A stretch of 64,000 bases of DNA from NCBI GenBank assembly GCA_965223415.1, contig OZ245002.1, positions 288,001 through 352,000 of the forward strand, read 5' to 3'. Position 1 is the stretch's first letter. Every line of letters starts with the position of its first letter. Made by a program: the position numbers and the translations under genes. The notes beneath the pieces were generated by a model. The model did not search any database. It saw nothing but the letters and a program-made list of their open reading frames with translations, and was not told where the DNA came from. Source of the stretch: Myxococcota bacterium (GTDB lineage Bacteria; Myxococcota_A; UBA9160; UBA6930). Below, one piece after another: positions 9,570 to 18,915 of this stretch.

Positions 9570-11174
9570 ATGGCCGACGAGACCGTCGACGTCCTGATCA
9601 TCGGTGCGGGAGCCGCGGGAGCCGCCGTGGCCTGGAGCCTGGCCGAGACGCGCATGCGCATCGTGTGCCTCGAGCAGGGCGACTGGATGAACCCGGCGGA
9701 CTATCCGACCACGCGCAACGGCTGGGAGATGGAGCGCTTCGGCGCCTTCGGCCTGTCGCCGAACACCCGGGGCCGGCGGGAGGACTACCCGGTCAACGAC
9801 GACGACTCCCCCATCAAGATCTCCAACTTCAACGCGGTCGGCGGCAGCACCATCCTCTACGCTGCCCACTTCCCGCGCCTGCACCCGTCGGACTTCCGGG
9901 TGCGCACCCTGGACGGCGTGGCCGATGACTGGCCGCTCGACTACGCCACCCTCGAGCCCTTCTACGACCTGAACGCCCGCATGATGGGTGTCGCCGGACT
10001 CACCGGCGACCCCGCCTACCCGCCCAAGGAGCCCACGCTTCCGCCGGTCCCCCTCGGCAAGCTCGGCGACACCCTGGGCCGGGGCTTCGAGAAGCTCGGC
10101 TGGCACTGGTGGCCCTCGGACAGTGCGGTCGCCACGGCCGAGCACGCGGGCCGGGCGCCCTGCGTGAACCTGGGCCCCTGCATCATGGGCTGCGCCCAGG
10201 GCGCGAAGGGCAGCACCGACGTCACCTACTGGCCGGTGGCAGTGCGCGAAGGGGTCGAGGTGCGCACCCGCTGCCGGGTGCGCGAGATCAGCGTGGACGA
10301 GAACGGCATGGCCCGGGGCGCGGTCTACGTCGACGCGGACGGCGTGGAGCACGAGCAGCGCGCCGAGATCGTGATCGTCGCCTGCAACGGCGTCGGCACG
10401 CCGCGGCTGCTGCTGAACTCGCGCTCGTCGCAGTTTCCGGACGGCCTCGCCAACCGCAGCGGCCTGGTCGGCAAGAACCTCATGTTTCACCCCTACGCCA
10501 TGGTGACGGGCATCTTCCCCGAGCACCTCGAGGGCTGGAAGGGCCCGACGGGCTGCAGCCTGATCAGCCAGGAGTTCTACGAGACCGATCCGGCCCGCGG
10601 CTTCGTGCGCGGCTACTCCTTCGAGATGCTGCGTGGCATGGGTCCGGTGTCGACGGCGCTCTTCGGCATGTCCGGCGGGCTCGTGCCCTGGGGCGCCGGC
10701 CACCACGAGGCCTTCGACCGGCTCTGGGACAAGACCGCCGGCATGGTCGTGATCTGCGAGGACCTGCCCGAGGAGCACAACACGGTGACCCTCGACCCGG
10801 AGCGCGTCGACAGCGACGGCATTCCGGCGCCGAAGATCACCTACCGGCTCAGCGAGAACAGCCAGCGCATGCTGGATCACGCCGTCGCCCGGGGCACCGA
10901 GGTCCTCGAGGCGGCGGGCGCCTTGGACACGATCTCGGAGGCGCCGCTTCCGCCGGCGGGCTGGCACCTGATGGGCACCGCGCGCATGGGCACCGACCCG
11001 GAGCGCTCGGTGGTGAACCCCTGGGGCCGCAGCCACGACGTGAAGAACCTGTTCATCGTGGACGGCTCGGTGTTCGTCACCTCCGGCGGCGTGAACCCGA
11101 CGAACACGATCCAGGCCCTGGCCCTGTACGTGGCCGACACGATCAAGAAGAACCTGACGAACCTCTTCGACTGA
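9570..11174 (+). CDS. GMC-family flavoprotein oxidoreductase
   Basis: IIGAGAAG FAD motif, VGGSTI, HLMGTARMG, NPTNTIQALA; GGAGG RBS. Confidence 0.92.
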   Translation: MADETVDVLIIGAGAAGAAVAWSLAETRMRIVCLEQGDWMNPADYPTTRNGWEMERFGAFGLSPNTRGRREDYPVNDDDSPIKISNFNAVGGSTILYAAHFPRLHPSDFRVRTLDGVADDWPLDYATLEPFYDLNARMMGVAGLTGDPAYPPKEPTLPPVPLGKLGDTLGRGFEKLGWHWWPSDSAVATAEHAGRAPCVNLGPCIMGCAQGAKGSTDVTYWPVAVREGVEVRTRCRVREISVDENGMARGAVYVDADGVEHEQRAEIVIVACNGVGTPRLLLNSRSSQFPDGLANRSGLVGKNLMFHPYAMVTGIFPEHLEGWKGPTGCSLISQEFYETDPARGFVRGYSFEMLRGMGPVSTALFGMSGGLVPWGAGHHEAFDRLWDKTAGMVVICEDLPEEHNTVTLDPERVDSDGIPAPKITYRLSENSQRMLDHAVARGTEVLEAAGALDTISEAPLPPAGWHLMGTARMGTDPERSVVNPWGRSHDVKNLFIVDGSVFVTSGGVNPTNTIQALALYVADTIKKNLTNLFD

Positions 11175-11189
11175 CGGGAGCGCCCCATC

Positions 11190-11621
11190 GTGAGCGACGA
11201 GACCCGCATCCTGGCCAGCGTGCTCGACGCGCTGATCCCCGCCTCGCACACGATGCCCTGCGCGAGCGCCCTGGGCCTCGAAGAGACGGTGCGCGAACGC
11301 CTGGGCGAGGAATGGGCGGCCCTCCTTCCCGGGCTCGAGGCCTGCGAGGTGGCGGCGCGGGCGCGGGGCGCCGAGGGCTTCGTCGCCCTCGCGCAGGAAG
11401 ACGCGGCCGCTGCCCTCGAAGAGGTCGCGGCGAACCATCCAGCGTTCCTCGGCGGCCTCGTCTTCCAGGCCTACACGACCTACTACGAGCATCCGCGGGT
11501 CGTGGAAGCCCTCGGCCTCGAAGCCCGGCCGCCCTGGCCGGGCGGCTACCCGCTCGAGACGGGCGATCTCGACCGGCTCGCCCGGGTGCGCGAAGGCCCC
11601 CGCCGCTATCGGGAGTGCTAG
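11190..11621 (+). CDS. Gluconate 2-dehydrogenase subunit 3-like small partner
   Basis: LDALIP start, YYEHPRVVEALG..P.P.GY; directly downstream of the GMC gene. Confidence 0.7.
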   Translation: MSDETRILASVLDALIPASHTMPCASALGLEETVRERLGEEWAALLPGLEACEVAARARGAEGFVALAQEDAAAALEEVAANHPAFLGGLVFQAYTTYYEHPRVVEALGLEARPPWPGGYPLETGDLDRLARVREGPRRYREC

Positions 11622-11627
11622 GCAGGA

Positions 11628-12722
11628 TCAGTCGTCCTGGTCGGCCAGGCGGACCGGGAGGCGCCGGGCGCCCCAGTCCCCGGGCTTCGTGTCGAACACA
11701 CCCGAACAGGGCGTGCCGCACCCAGCGCAGGCTCCGGCCTCGTCGAGCGCCCAGCCGGTGATCCTGTAGCCATCCCGGACGATCAGGCTCGCCCGGCAGG
11801 CGTGACAGCGTGTCCTGCCGCCGTCGGGATCGCGGACGTTGCCCGTGTAGACGTAGCGGAGACCGTGGGAGAGGCCGATGTCGCGGGCGCGCCGGAGCGT
11901 GGCCAGCGAAGTCGGGGCGACGTCGCGCATCCGGTAGTCGGGATGAAAGGCGGTCAAGTGCCACGGGACGTCCGGGCCGAGGTGCTCGGCGATCCACGCG
12001 GCCGCGTCGTCGATCTCCGCGTCGCCGTCGTTCTGGCCGGGGATCAGGAGGGTCGTGAGCTCGAGCCACACGTCCGTCTCCTGGCACAGGTAGACGAGCG
12101 TGTCGAGCACCGGCGCCAGGCTGGCCCCGCAGACCGTGCGGTAGAAGTCGTCCCGGAACGCCTTCAGGTCCACGTTGGCCGCGTCGACATGGGCGAAGAA
12201 GTCGGCCCGGGCCTCCGGATCGACCCAGCCGGCCGTCACGGCGACCGTGCGCACGCCCCGCTCGTGGCAGGCGATGGCCGTGTCGACGGCATACTCGAGG
12301 AAGATCACCGGATCGTTGTAGGTGAAGGCGACGCTGCGGGCGCCCGTCCGGACCGCCGCCTCGGCGATGCGCTCCGGCGGCGCCGCGTCGGCCAGGGTAT
12401 CGAGCTCGCGGCTCTTACTGATGTCCCAGTTCTGGCAGAAGCGGCAGGTGAGGTTGCAGCCGGCGGTACCGAAGGAGAGCACGGGCGTGCCGGGCAGGAA
12501 ATGGTTCAGCGGCTTCTTCTCGATCGGATCGACGCAGTAGCCGCTCGAGCGGCCCCAGGTCGTGAGCACCAGCTCGTCGCCCTCGCGGGCGCGCACGAAG
12601 CACAGGCCGCGCTGGCCCGGAGCGAGACGGCAGTGCCGCGGGCAGACGTCGCACTGGATCCGGCCGTCCACAAGGCCGTGCCAGTGTCGGGCCCGGACGG
12701 AGGTCGGAACTTCCGAGCTCAT
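11628..12722 (-). CDS. amrS: AmmeMemoRadiSAM system radical SAM enzyme
   Basis: CDVCPRHC N-terminal, DPIEKKPLNHF, CNLTCRFCQN (CxxxCxxC), YVYTGN. Confidence 0.93.
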   Translation of the reverse strand: MSSEVPTSVRARHWHGLVDGRIQCDVCPRHCRLAPGQRGLCFVRAREGDELVLTTWGRSSGYCVDPIEKKPLNHFLPGTPVLSFGTAGCNLTCRFCQNWDISKSRELDTLADAAPPERIAEAAVRTGARSVAFTYNDPVIFLEYAVDTAIACHERGVRTVAVTAGWVDPEARADFFAHVDAANVDLKAFRDDFYRTVCGASLAPVLDTLVYLCQETDVWLELTTLLIPGQNDGDAEIDDAAAWIAEHLGPDVPWHLTAFHPDYRMRDVAPTSLATLRRARDIGLSHGLRYVYTGNVRDPDGGRTRCHACRASLIVRDGYRITGWALDEAGACAGCGTPCSGVFDTKPGDWGARRLPVRLADQDD

Positions 12723-12728
12723 GCACTC

Positions 12729-12790
12729 AATCTGGGCTTCGCCGGGCGGGCGTCAAGGGCGCTTGACGGCAGCGCCCGCGGGGCGACCCT
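12729..12790. promoter_or_regulatory. Back-to-back sigma70-type promoters around the CGTCAAG-N4-CTTGACG dyad
   Basis: TTGACG on both strands, each followed by a 16-nt spacer, an xAxxxT box and a start codon 6-7 nt later. Confidence 0.55.
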
Positions 12791-12797
12791 GTCGGGA

Positions 12798-14171
12798 ATG
12801 GACGTTCGCGAGCCGGCCGTGGCCGGGACCTTCTACCCCGCTGCACAGAACGTCTTGGAAAGCCTGGTGCGCGAGCTGCTGGCCGCGGCTCCCCGGTACG
12901 GCGCCCCGCCGCCCAAGGCGCTGATCGCGCCCCACGCCGGATACGCTTACTCGGGGCCCGTGGCCGCCAGCGTCTACGCCACCCTCGAGTCCCCTAGCGA
13001 GCCGATTCGTCGGGTCGTCCTGCTGGGGCCGGCCCATCGCGTCCCGGTGCGCGGGCTGGCGGCGCCGTCGGTCGACGCCCTGCGCACGCCGCTCGGCCAG
13101 GTCCCCGTCGACCGGACCGCCCTCGCCCGGCTGGCCGACCTGCCCCAGGTGGTCGTCGACGATGCCGCCCACGCCCAGGAGCACAGCCTCGAGGTGCAGC
13201 TCCCCTTCCTGCAGTGCGTCCTCGGCAGCTTCTCCGTGGTTCCGCTGGTCGTCGGCCACGCGAGCGACGAGGAGGTAGCCCAGGTGATCGAGCGGCTGTG
13301 GGGCGGGCCCGAGACCCTGGTGGTGGTGAGCTCGGACCTCTCGCACTACCTGCCCTACGACCGGGCCCGGCGCATGGATGCGGCGACCTGCCGGGCCATC
13401 GAGTCCCTGCGCCCGGAGGCGCTCGACTCCGAGAGCACGTGCGGCCGGGTGCCGGTGCGGGGCCTGCTGCAGGCGGCGCGCCGGCACGGGCTCCTGCCGC
13501 GCACCCTCGACCTTCGCAGCTCTGGAGACACGGCCGGGGCCCGCGACGAGGTGGTCGGCTACGGAGCCTGGAGCTTCGGCCCTCCCGAGGCGCGAGAGCG
13601 GGCCTCGGAGCCCTCCCCGACCCCGGAAGAAGACGCGCTGCTGCTCGACCTGGCGCGGCGATCCGTGGCCCGGGCCGCGCGGGGAGAGGGTCCACCTCCG
13701 GTTCCGCTGGAGGAGCTCCCCCGCGCCCTCGCCCTGCCCGGCGCCTGCTTCGTCACCCTTCGCCGGCCCGACGGCCGCCTGCGCGGCTGCGTCGGCAACC
13801 TCGACCCGGAGCACCCGCTGGCCGTTTGCGTCGCCCGCAACGCGGAGCGGGCGGCCCTTCACGACCCCCGCTTCCCCGCCCTGCGCGAGGCGGAGCTTCC
13901 CGGGCTCGCCGTGCACCTCTCGGTGCTCGGCCCGCGCGAGCCGATCCCGGCCCGCTCCCTGGAGGAGCTGTGCGCCGCTCTGCAGCCCGCCGTCGACGGG
14001 CTCGTCCTCCAGGACGGCGGACGCCAGGCGACCTTTCTCCCGGACGTGTGGAGGGAGCTGCCGGAGCCTGCCCGCTTCGTCGGCGCCCTCTGGAAGAAGG
14101 CGGGCCTGCGGGAGGACCATTGGTCCCCGAACGTGCGGGCCTGGCGCTACGGAAGCCGATCGATCGATTGA
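12798..14171 (+). CDS. amrB: AmmeMemoRadiSAM protein B (Memo) fused to protein A (AMMECR1)
   Basis: REPAVAGTFYP, PHAGYAYSG, EHSLEVQLPF, SSDLSHY, VVGYGA; then CFVTL..LRGCVG, DPRF, ATFLPDVW, KAG. Confidence 0.92.
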   Translation: MDVREPAVAGTFYPAAQNVLESLVRELLAAAPRYGAPPPKALIAPHAGYAYSGPVAASVYATLESPSEPIRRVVLLGPAHRVPVRGLAAPSVDALRTPLGQVPVDRTALARLADLPQVVVDDAAHAQEHSLEVQLPFLQCVLGSFSVVPLVVGHASDEEVAQVIERLWGGPETLVVVSSDLSHYLPYDRARRMDAATCRAIESLRPEALDSESTCGRVPVRGLLQAARRHGLLPRTLDLRSSGDTAGARDEVVGYGAWSFGPPEARERASEPSPTPEEDALLLDLARRSVARAARGEGPPPVPLEELPRALALPGACFVTLRRPDGRLRGCVGNLDPEHPLAVCVARNAERAALHDPRFPALREAELPGLAVHLSVLGPREPIPARSLEELCAALQPAVDGLVLQDGGRQATFLPDVWRELPEPARFVGALWKKAGLREDHWSPNVRAWRYGSRSID

Positions 14172-14174
14172 GCG

Positions 14175-15980
14175 CTACTCGAGGTTTCCGACCTTCTGGG
14201 ATCCCGGCCCGGACCCGTCCACCACATAGGCCGGCGGCACGATGTTGCCCATCACGACCGAGTCCGGCCCTCCGCAGCGCACATCGCCGTCCGCCCGGTT
14301 GTTCGTGCAGATCGACGAGCTGCCATCGGCTCGCAGCGTGTTGTCGGCGTCGTTGTCGGTCAGCTGCACGAGGTGGTTTCCGTTCGCCGCGCTCAGACGG
14401 ATGCCCTCGCTGCTGCACTGGCGAACCCGGTTACCCTGAACCCGCACGCCGTCGGTGCCGATCGCCAGGATGCAGGAGCCGCCGGAACCCTCTATCCGGT
14501 TGTCGACGACCTGGCTGCCATCGGCCGCGGTCCCGTTGAGCTCGATGCCGGCGTTGCCGGCCCCCACCACGCGGTTGCCTTGAATCAGGCCCTGCCCGAG
14601 GATGCCGCGGCCGCCGGCGCCGCGAATCGTGTTCCCGCGAATCGTCACGTCTCCGTCGGTCAGCCCCGAGGCCTCGATGCCATTGGACGACTGAGCCACC
14701 ACGTCGATGACGTTATCCAGGATCGCCACGGGCCCCCGTCGGAAGAAATCCCGCTTGACGGAGATCACCGACTTGTTGAACCCCCCCATCTCGACGCAGC
14801 GATTGCCGACAATGGACAGACCCTCGGCGGACGGCGCCAGGATGCACTCCGAACGACCCCCGCGGATCAAGTTGCGAGCGATCATGGCGTCCTGACTTCC
14901 CCGCACCTCGATGCCCGCGAACGACCGCGTCGAGATCTGGTTGTCGGCGACGGTCAAGTCGTCCGAATAGGCGACGAACACGGGACCCCGCAGCCGATTG
15001 GCGAGCACCCTCACGCCCGTCTTGGACTCGAGACCATTGATCAAAATCGCGTACTTCGCCGAAACCAGTGGCGTCTCGATCCAGTTGTCCCGAATCAGCA
15101 GGTCGTCGGCTGCGCTCACCGTGGCCTGCACGTTGATGCCCCCGGCCCGCCAGCCCCGTGCCACCACGCGCTCGATCACCACATTCTGGATGGGAATCGT
15201 GTCGTGAAAGGACTCGAGCTGCACGCACCAGGAGTAGGGAGCGGTGGTCCCGCCCGACGAGTCCTCGCAGTGGATGTCGACGATGTGCACGTCCGTAGAC
15301 GCCTGAACGTTCACGCAGCTGCCGTGGTTGATGCCTCCCGATATGAAGCCCGCGCCACGGCAGGTAATGCGCTCGACCCCGATATCAGCCGACTCCTTGA
15401 TGTCGAGGGCCTCGTCTCCGATGCGCTCGAACACGAGGTCGAAGAAGCGGCAGTTCCTGCACTTCGCCACGATGCCGTGCGTCTCCTCGTTGCCGGCGTG
15501 GGCCGCCCCATCGGGGTCCAGTAGGCGCATCCCCGATACCCAGATGTTGGTCGGGTGGGCGAGGCTCGTGTTGCACTGGAAGAAGCCCGTGTCTGGACAG
15601 ATCGAGATCAGCGCAACGCCATTCGTGGTGGTAGCGTGCGGCTCGATCGTGACGCAGTTCGTGCTCGCTCCCTGGATCCAGATGTTGTCCTGTCCACTCT
15701 GGACCCGAAACGCACCCCGGTAGAAGCTCGGCGAGGCGGTGTAGGTGCCGCAGGGCAGATGGACGATGCCGCCGTCCGGCGTGGCCGAGGCCGCGGCCAG
15801 GGCCGCGTTGAAGGCGAGGTGATCCGAGTTGCCGTCGTCCGGGATGGCCCCGTAGTCGGTCACGTCGAAGACGGCGCCACCGGGGGCGGCGCCGGCCGGA
15901 CCGGCCGCATGGACCGCGAGCAGTGCGAGCAGCAGGCCTGCGAGCAGGGGGATGTGGGGTCGACGAACGGGCAGCCGCAT
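14175..15980 (-). CDS. Secreted right-handed beta-helix (pectate lyase 3/GH28-like fold) protein
   Basis: Signal peptide; FDVTDYGAIPDD..D..AFNAA..GGIVHLPCGTY; many N-x-I/GI repeats; GAGGAG RBS. Confidence 0.82.
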   Translation of the reverse strand: MRLPVRRPHIPLLAGLLLALLAVHAAGPAGAAPGGAVFDVTDYGAIPDDGNSDHLAFNAALAAASATPDGGIVHLPCGTYTASPSFYRGAFRVQSGQDNIWIQGASTNCVTIEPHATTTNGVALISICPDTGFFQCNTSLAHPTNIWVSGMRLLDPDGAAHAGNEETHGIVAKCRNCRFFDLVFERIGDEALDIKESADIGVERITCRGAGFISGGINHGSCVNVQASTDVHIVDIHCEDSSGGTTAPYSWCVQLESFHDTIPIQNVVIERVVARGWRAGGINVQATVSAADDLLIRDNWIETPLVSAKYAILINGLESKTGVRVLANRLRGPVFVAYSDDLTVADNQISTRSFAGIEVRGSQDAMIARNLIRGGRSECILAPSAEGLSIVGNRCVEMGGFNKSVISVKRDFFRRGPVAILDNVIDVVAQSSNGIEASGLTDGDVTIRGNTIRGAGGRGILGQGLIQGNRVVGAGNAGIELNGTAADGSQVVDNRIEGSGGSCILAIGTDGVRVQGNRVRQCSSEGIRLSAANGNHLVQLTDNDADNTLRADGSSSICTNNRADGDVRCGGPDSVVMGNIVPPAYVVDGSGPGSQKVGNLE

Positions 15981-16164
15981 GGACTCCTCCCGCCCCCCCA
16001 GGGAAGAGGGGATCATCCCACACCCTCCTGGGCTCTACAAGCCAGGTGCCGGGGACCTCCTCAATGCGCGGATCGGATGCAGGTCCACCGCGCACGTCGG
16101 GCCCCTCCGCCCATCGATCGCCACGGGGTACCCTCGCCGACCCACTTCCCGAGGAGGCCTCCCG

Positions 16165-16989
16165 ATGGCGCGACTGGACGGCAGACTGGCTCTCATCACC
16201 GGCGCAGCCCGCGGGCTCGGCCTCGCCATGGGTCGGCGCTTCCGCGAAGAGGGGGCAGAGGTGATCGTCAACGACCTGGATCCGGAGGCGGCAGAGAAGG
16301 CGGCCGCGGAGCTCGGCGGGAGCGCCCTCGCGGCCGACGTCTCGGATTCGGCGGCGGTGGCGACGATGTTCGGCGAGGTGGCGGATCGCCACGGACGCCT
16401 GGACGTGCTGGTGAACAACGCTGGGATCAGCGGCGTCGAGCACGACCCGGAACGCGCCGCCGACTTCCGCCAGTGCATGCTCGCCCAGGCCACCGAGGCG
16501 GCCAGCGGCGGACCGGTCACCACTCACATCGACTCGACCGTGGAGCTTCCCGACGACGAGTGGCATCGCATGCTGGCGGTCCACCTGGACGGGACGTTCT
16601 ACTGCAGCCGCGAAGCGCTGAAGATCATGAACCCGCAGCTCTCGGGCTGCATCCTGAACCTGGGTTCGGTCATGGGCACGGCCGGCGGCGCCGGGGCGGC
16701 CGCCTACTGTGCGGCCAAGGCGGGCATCCTGGGCTTCACCCGCTCTCTCGCCCGCGAGGTGGTGAGCCGCAACATCCGCGTCAACGCCATCGCGCCGGGC
16801 TGGATCGACACGGACATGACCTCCTTCCTCGGCGAGACGAAGCCGCTGATCGCCGCCCAGACGCCGATGGGTCGGCTCGGCGACGTGGACGATATCGCCT
16901 GGGCCGCGGTCTACCTGGCGAGCGACGAGGCCAAGTTCGTGACGGGACAGGTGCTCAGTCCGAACGGCGGTTGGCACATGAGCCAATAG
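16165..16989 (+). CDS. Short-chain dehydrogenase/reductase (FabG-like)
   Basis: TGAARGLG, NNAG, YCAAK, VNAIAPG; GAGGAGG RBS. Confidence 0.9.
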   Translation: MARLDGRLALITGAARGLGLAMGRRFREEGAEVIVNDLDPEAAEKAAAELGGSALAADVSDSAAVATMFGEVADRHGRLDVLVNNAGISGVEHDPERAADFRQCMLAQATEAASGGPVTTHIDSTVELPDDEWHRMLAVHLDGTFYCSREALKIMNPQLSGCILNLGSVMGTAGGAGAAAYCAAKAGILGFTRSLAREVVSRNIRVNAIAPGWIDTDMTSFLGETKPLIAAQTPMGRLGDVDDIAWAAVYLASDEAKFVTGQVLSPNGGWHMSQ

Positions 16990-16992
16990 GCG

Positions 16993-18825
16993 TCAGCCGC
17001 CCGGCTCCGTCAGGCGGCGGAGCCAGACCGGCACGGCGGCCAGGCCGGCGGCGAACAGACCGCCGATCCAGAGGAAGGCCGGCAGCCCGAGGGGCGGCGG
17101 GGCGCCGATCAGCCAGCTCGCGCTGGCGACGAGCAGCGCGAAGAGGGTGAGGGTGGCCGCGGCCGTCGCGACGAGGCCGTGGCGAAGCCGATGGCGCGCC
17201 TCGGCGGTGCCCCAGAAGCCGGGCGGCCGCACGCTGGCGTAGAACGCGTCGAGCCGCTCGGCGGGCTCCGGCGGCGTGAGGAGCGAGCCCAGCACCGAGG
17301 CCGTCGCGCCCACCCCCGCCATCACGAGCAGGCGCAGGGCCTCGTTGGGCAGGGTCGCCAGCAGGATCGGCGCGGCCAGGCCCGAGGCTGCGATGGCGGA
17401 GAGCTCTCCCCAGGCGTTCGAACGCCGCCACAGCCAACGCAGCCAGAGCGGCACGCCGAGGCCGGCCCCCAGCAGGAGCGTCGCGTGCCACGCGGCCTGG
17501 ATGGAGCCGAGCCGCACCATCACCACCAGGGAGATCGCCATCACCAGCGGCCCCGCCAGACGTGCGACGAGCACGAGCTCCCGCGGCGAAGGCTCGCGCC
17601 GGCGCAGGCCCCGGCACCAGGCGCGGCCGTAGAGATCGTTCGCGACGTAGGACGCGCCCCAGTTCAGGTGGGTATCGAGGGTCGAGGCCAGGGCGGCGAG
17701 CATCCCCGCGAGCATCAGGCCGCGCACGCCCGGGGGCAGCAGCTCGTCGATGCCGCGCACGAAGGTGAGCTCGCGAGCGGCCGCCGTGGGGGCCTCGCCG
17801 AGCGGGTAGATGACCAGGAGCGCGACCAGGATCGGCAGCCACAGGAGGGTGCGGCCGACGATCTGGGCGAAGGCGAAGATCACCGGCGCGGCCCGGGCCT
17901 CGGCGGGGGAGCGACAAGCCATGCAGCGCTGGGCCAGGTAGCCGGTGCCGTCGCTGTTCATCTGCACCAGCCACTGCAGGCCGAGGACGCCGAGCAGCAC
18001 GCCGCTCACCTCGGCGGCGCCCCAGGGATCGAGGGCGAGCAGCGCGTCGGCCCGCGCCGGCCCGACGGCATCGGCAAGGCGCGCCGCGAGCTCGCCGAGG
18101 CCGCCGGCGGCGTCCTGGGCCACCCAGGCGTAGGCGAAGGTCGCGGTGCCGAGGAGCGCCAGCTGGCCCAGGTCCGTGCGCACCACGCCGCGCAGGCCGC
18201 CGGTGGCGGAGTACAGCACGGTGAAGGCGTAGATGGCGACGACCGAGAGCAGGTTCGCGGCGCTGCGCACCCAGACGTCCGGCGCCGACGGATCGGCGGC
18301 CAGCGGGACGCCGATGGACCGGGTCAGTCCGACCAGGGCCGCGAAGAGGGGCTCGGGAAGCCAGAGGTCCCAGCGCAGGAAGGGCTCGGCCACGCGAACG
18401 GTGGCCACCAGGACCATCGCGAGCACCGCGCAGTTGAACAGCCCGCCGTAGTAGATCGCCTTCACGCCGCGCAGCCAGGCGGCGGCGCGGCCCGCGTAGC
18501 GCATCTCGCAGAGCTCGGCGTCGGTCACCACGGAGGCGCGCCACCAGCACGCACCGAGCAGGAAGCCCAGGGCGAGGAAGGCGATGCCGTAGGTCCAGAG
18601 CCTCCACAGGCCGAACACCCCGCCGGTCGCGACCAGGCCGGCGGCGAGGAGCGGTGTGTCCGCTGCGTACTGGGTCGCCGTCATCGAGAGGCCGGCCTCC
18701 CAGCGCGAGAGCCGACGCCCGGCGAGGAAGTACTCGCCGAGCCCGCGCCCGGCCTGCCGCCGGCTGCGCAGCCCGACGAACAGCGCATACACCAGGAAGG
18801 CCGCGATCCAGACGAGGTCCAGCAT
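16993..18825 (-). CDS. Sodium:solute symporter family transporter
   Basis: EYFLAGRRL, ATQYAADTPL, GGLRGVVRTD, GYLAQR, AALASTLDTHLNWG; many TM helices. Confidence 0.9.
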   Translation of the reverse strand: MLDLVWIAAFLVYALFVGLRSRRQAGRGLGEYFLAGRRLSRWEAGLSMTATQYAADTPLLAAGLVATGGVFGLWRLWTYGIAFLALGFLLGACWWRASVVTDAELCEMRYAGRAAAWLRGVKAIYYGGLFNCAVLAMVLVATVRVAEPFLRWDLWLPEPLFAALVGLTRSIGVPLAADPSAPDVWVRSAANLLSVVAIYAFTVLYSATGGLRGVVRTDLGQLALLGTATFAYAWVAQDAAGGLGELAARLADAVGPARADALLALDPWGAAEVSGVLLGVLGLQWLVQMNSDGTGYLAQRCMACRSPAEARAAPVIFAFAQIVGRTLLWLPILVALLVIYPLGEAPTAAARELTFVRGIDELLPPGVRGLMLAGMLAALASTLDTHLNWGASYVANDLYGRAWCRGLRRREPSPRELVLVARLAGPLVMAISLVVMVRLGSIQAAWHATLLLGAGLGVPLWLRWLWRRSNAWGELSAIAASGLAAPILLATLPNEALRLLVMAGVGATASVLGSLLTPPEPAERLDAFYASVRPPGFWGTAEARHRLRHGLVATAAATLTLFALLVASASWLIGAPPPLGLPAFLWIGGLFAAGLAAVPVWLRRLTEPGG

Positions 18826-18842
18826 GCCCTCCCACTCTAGCG

Positions 18843-18915
18843 GTGAGACAAAGGGACGTTCTTTTCTGTCTCACGGCAGCGCCGTGAGACAGAAAAGAAC
18901 GTCCCTTTGTCTCAC
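18843..18915. repeat. REPIN-like doublet: perfect 35-bp inverted repeat with 3-nt loop
   Basis: GTGAGACAAAGGGACGTTCTTTTCTGTCTCACGGC-AGC-reverse complement; each arm is itself a GTGAGACA...TGTCTCAC hairpin. Confidence 0.9.

Noticed and set aside
8619..11492. Apparent 851-aa and 928-aa overlapping giant ORFs or fusions
   Set aside because: The true starts are at 9570 (+) and 9503 (-); the extensions are antisense read-through of the divergent partner gene.
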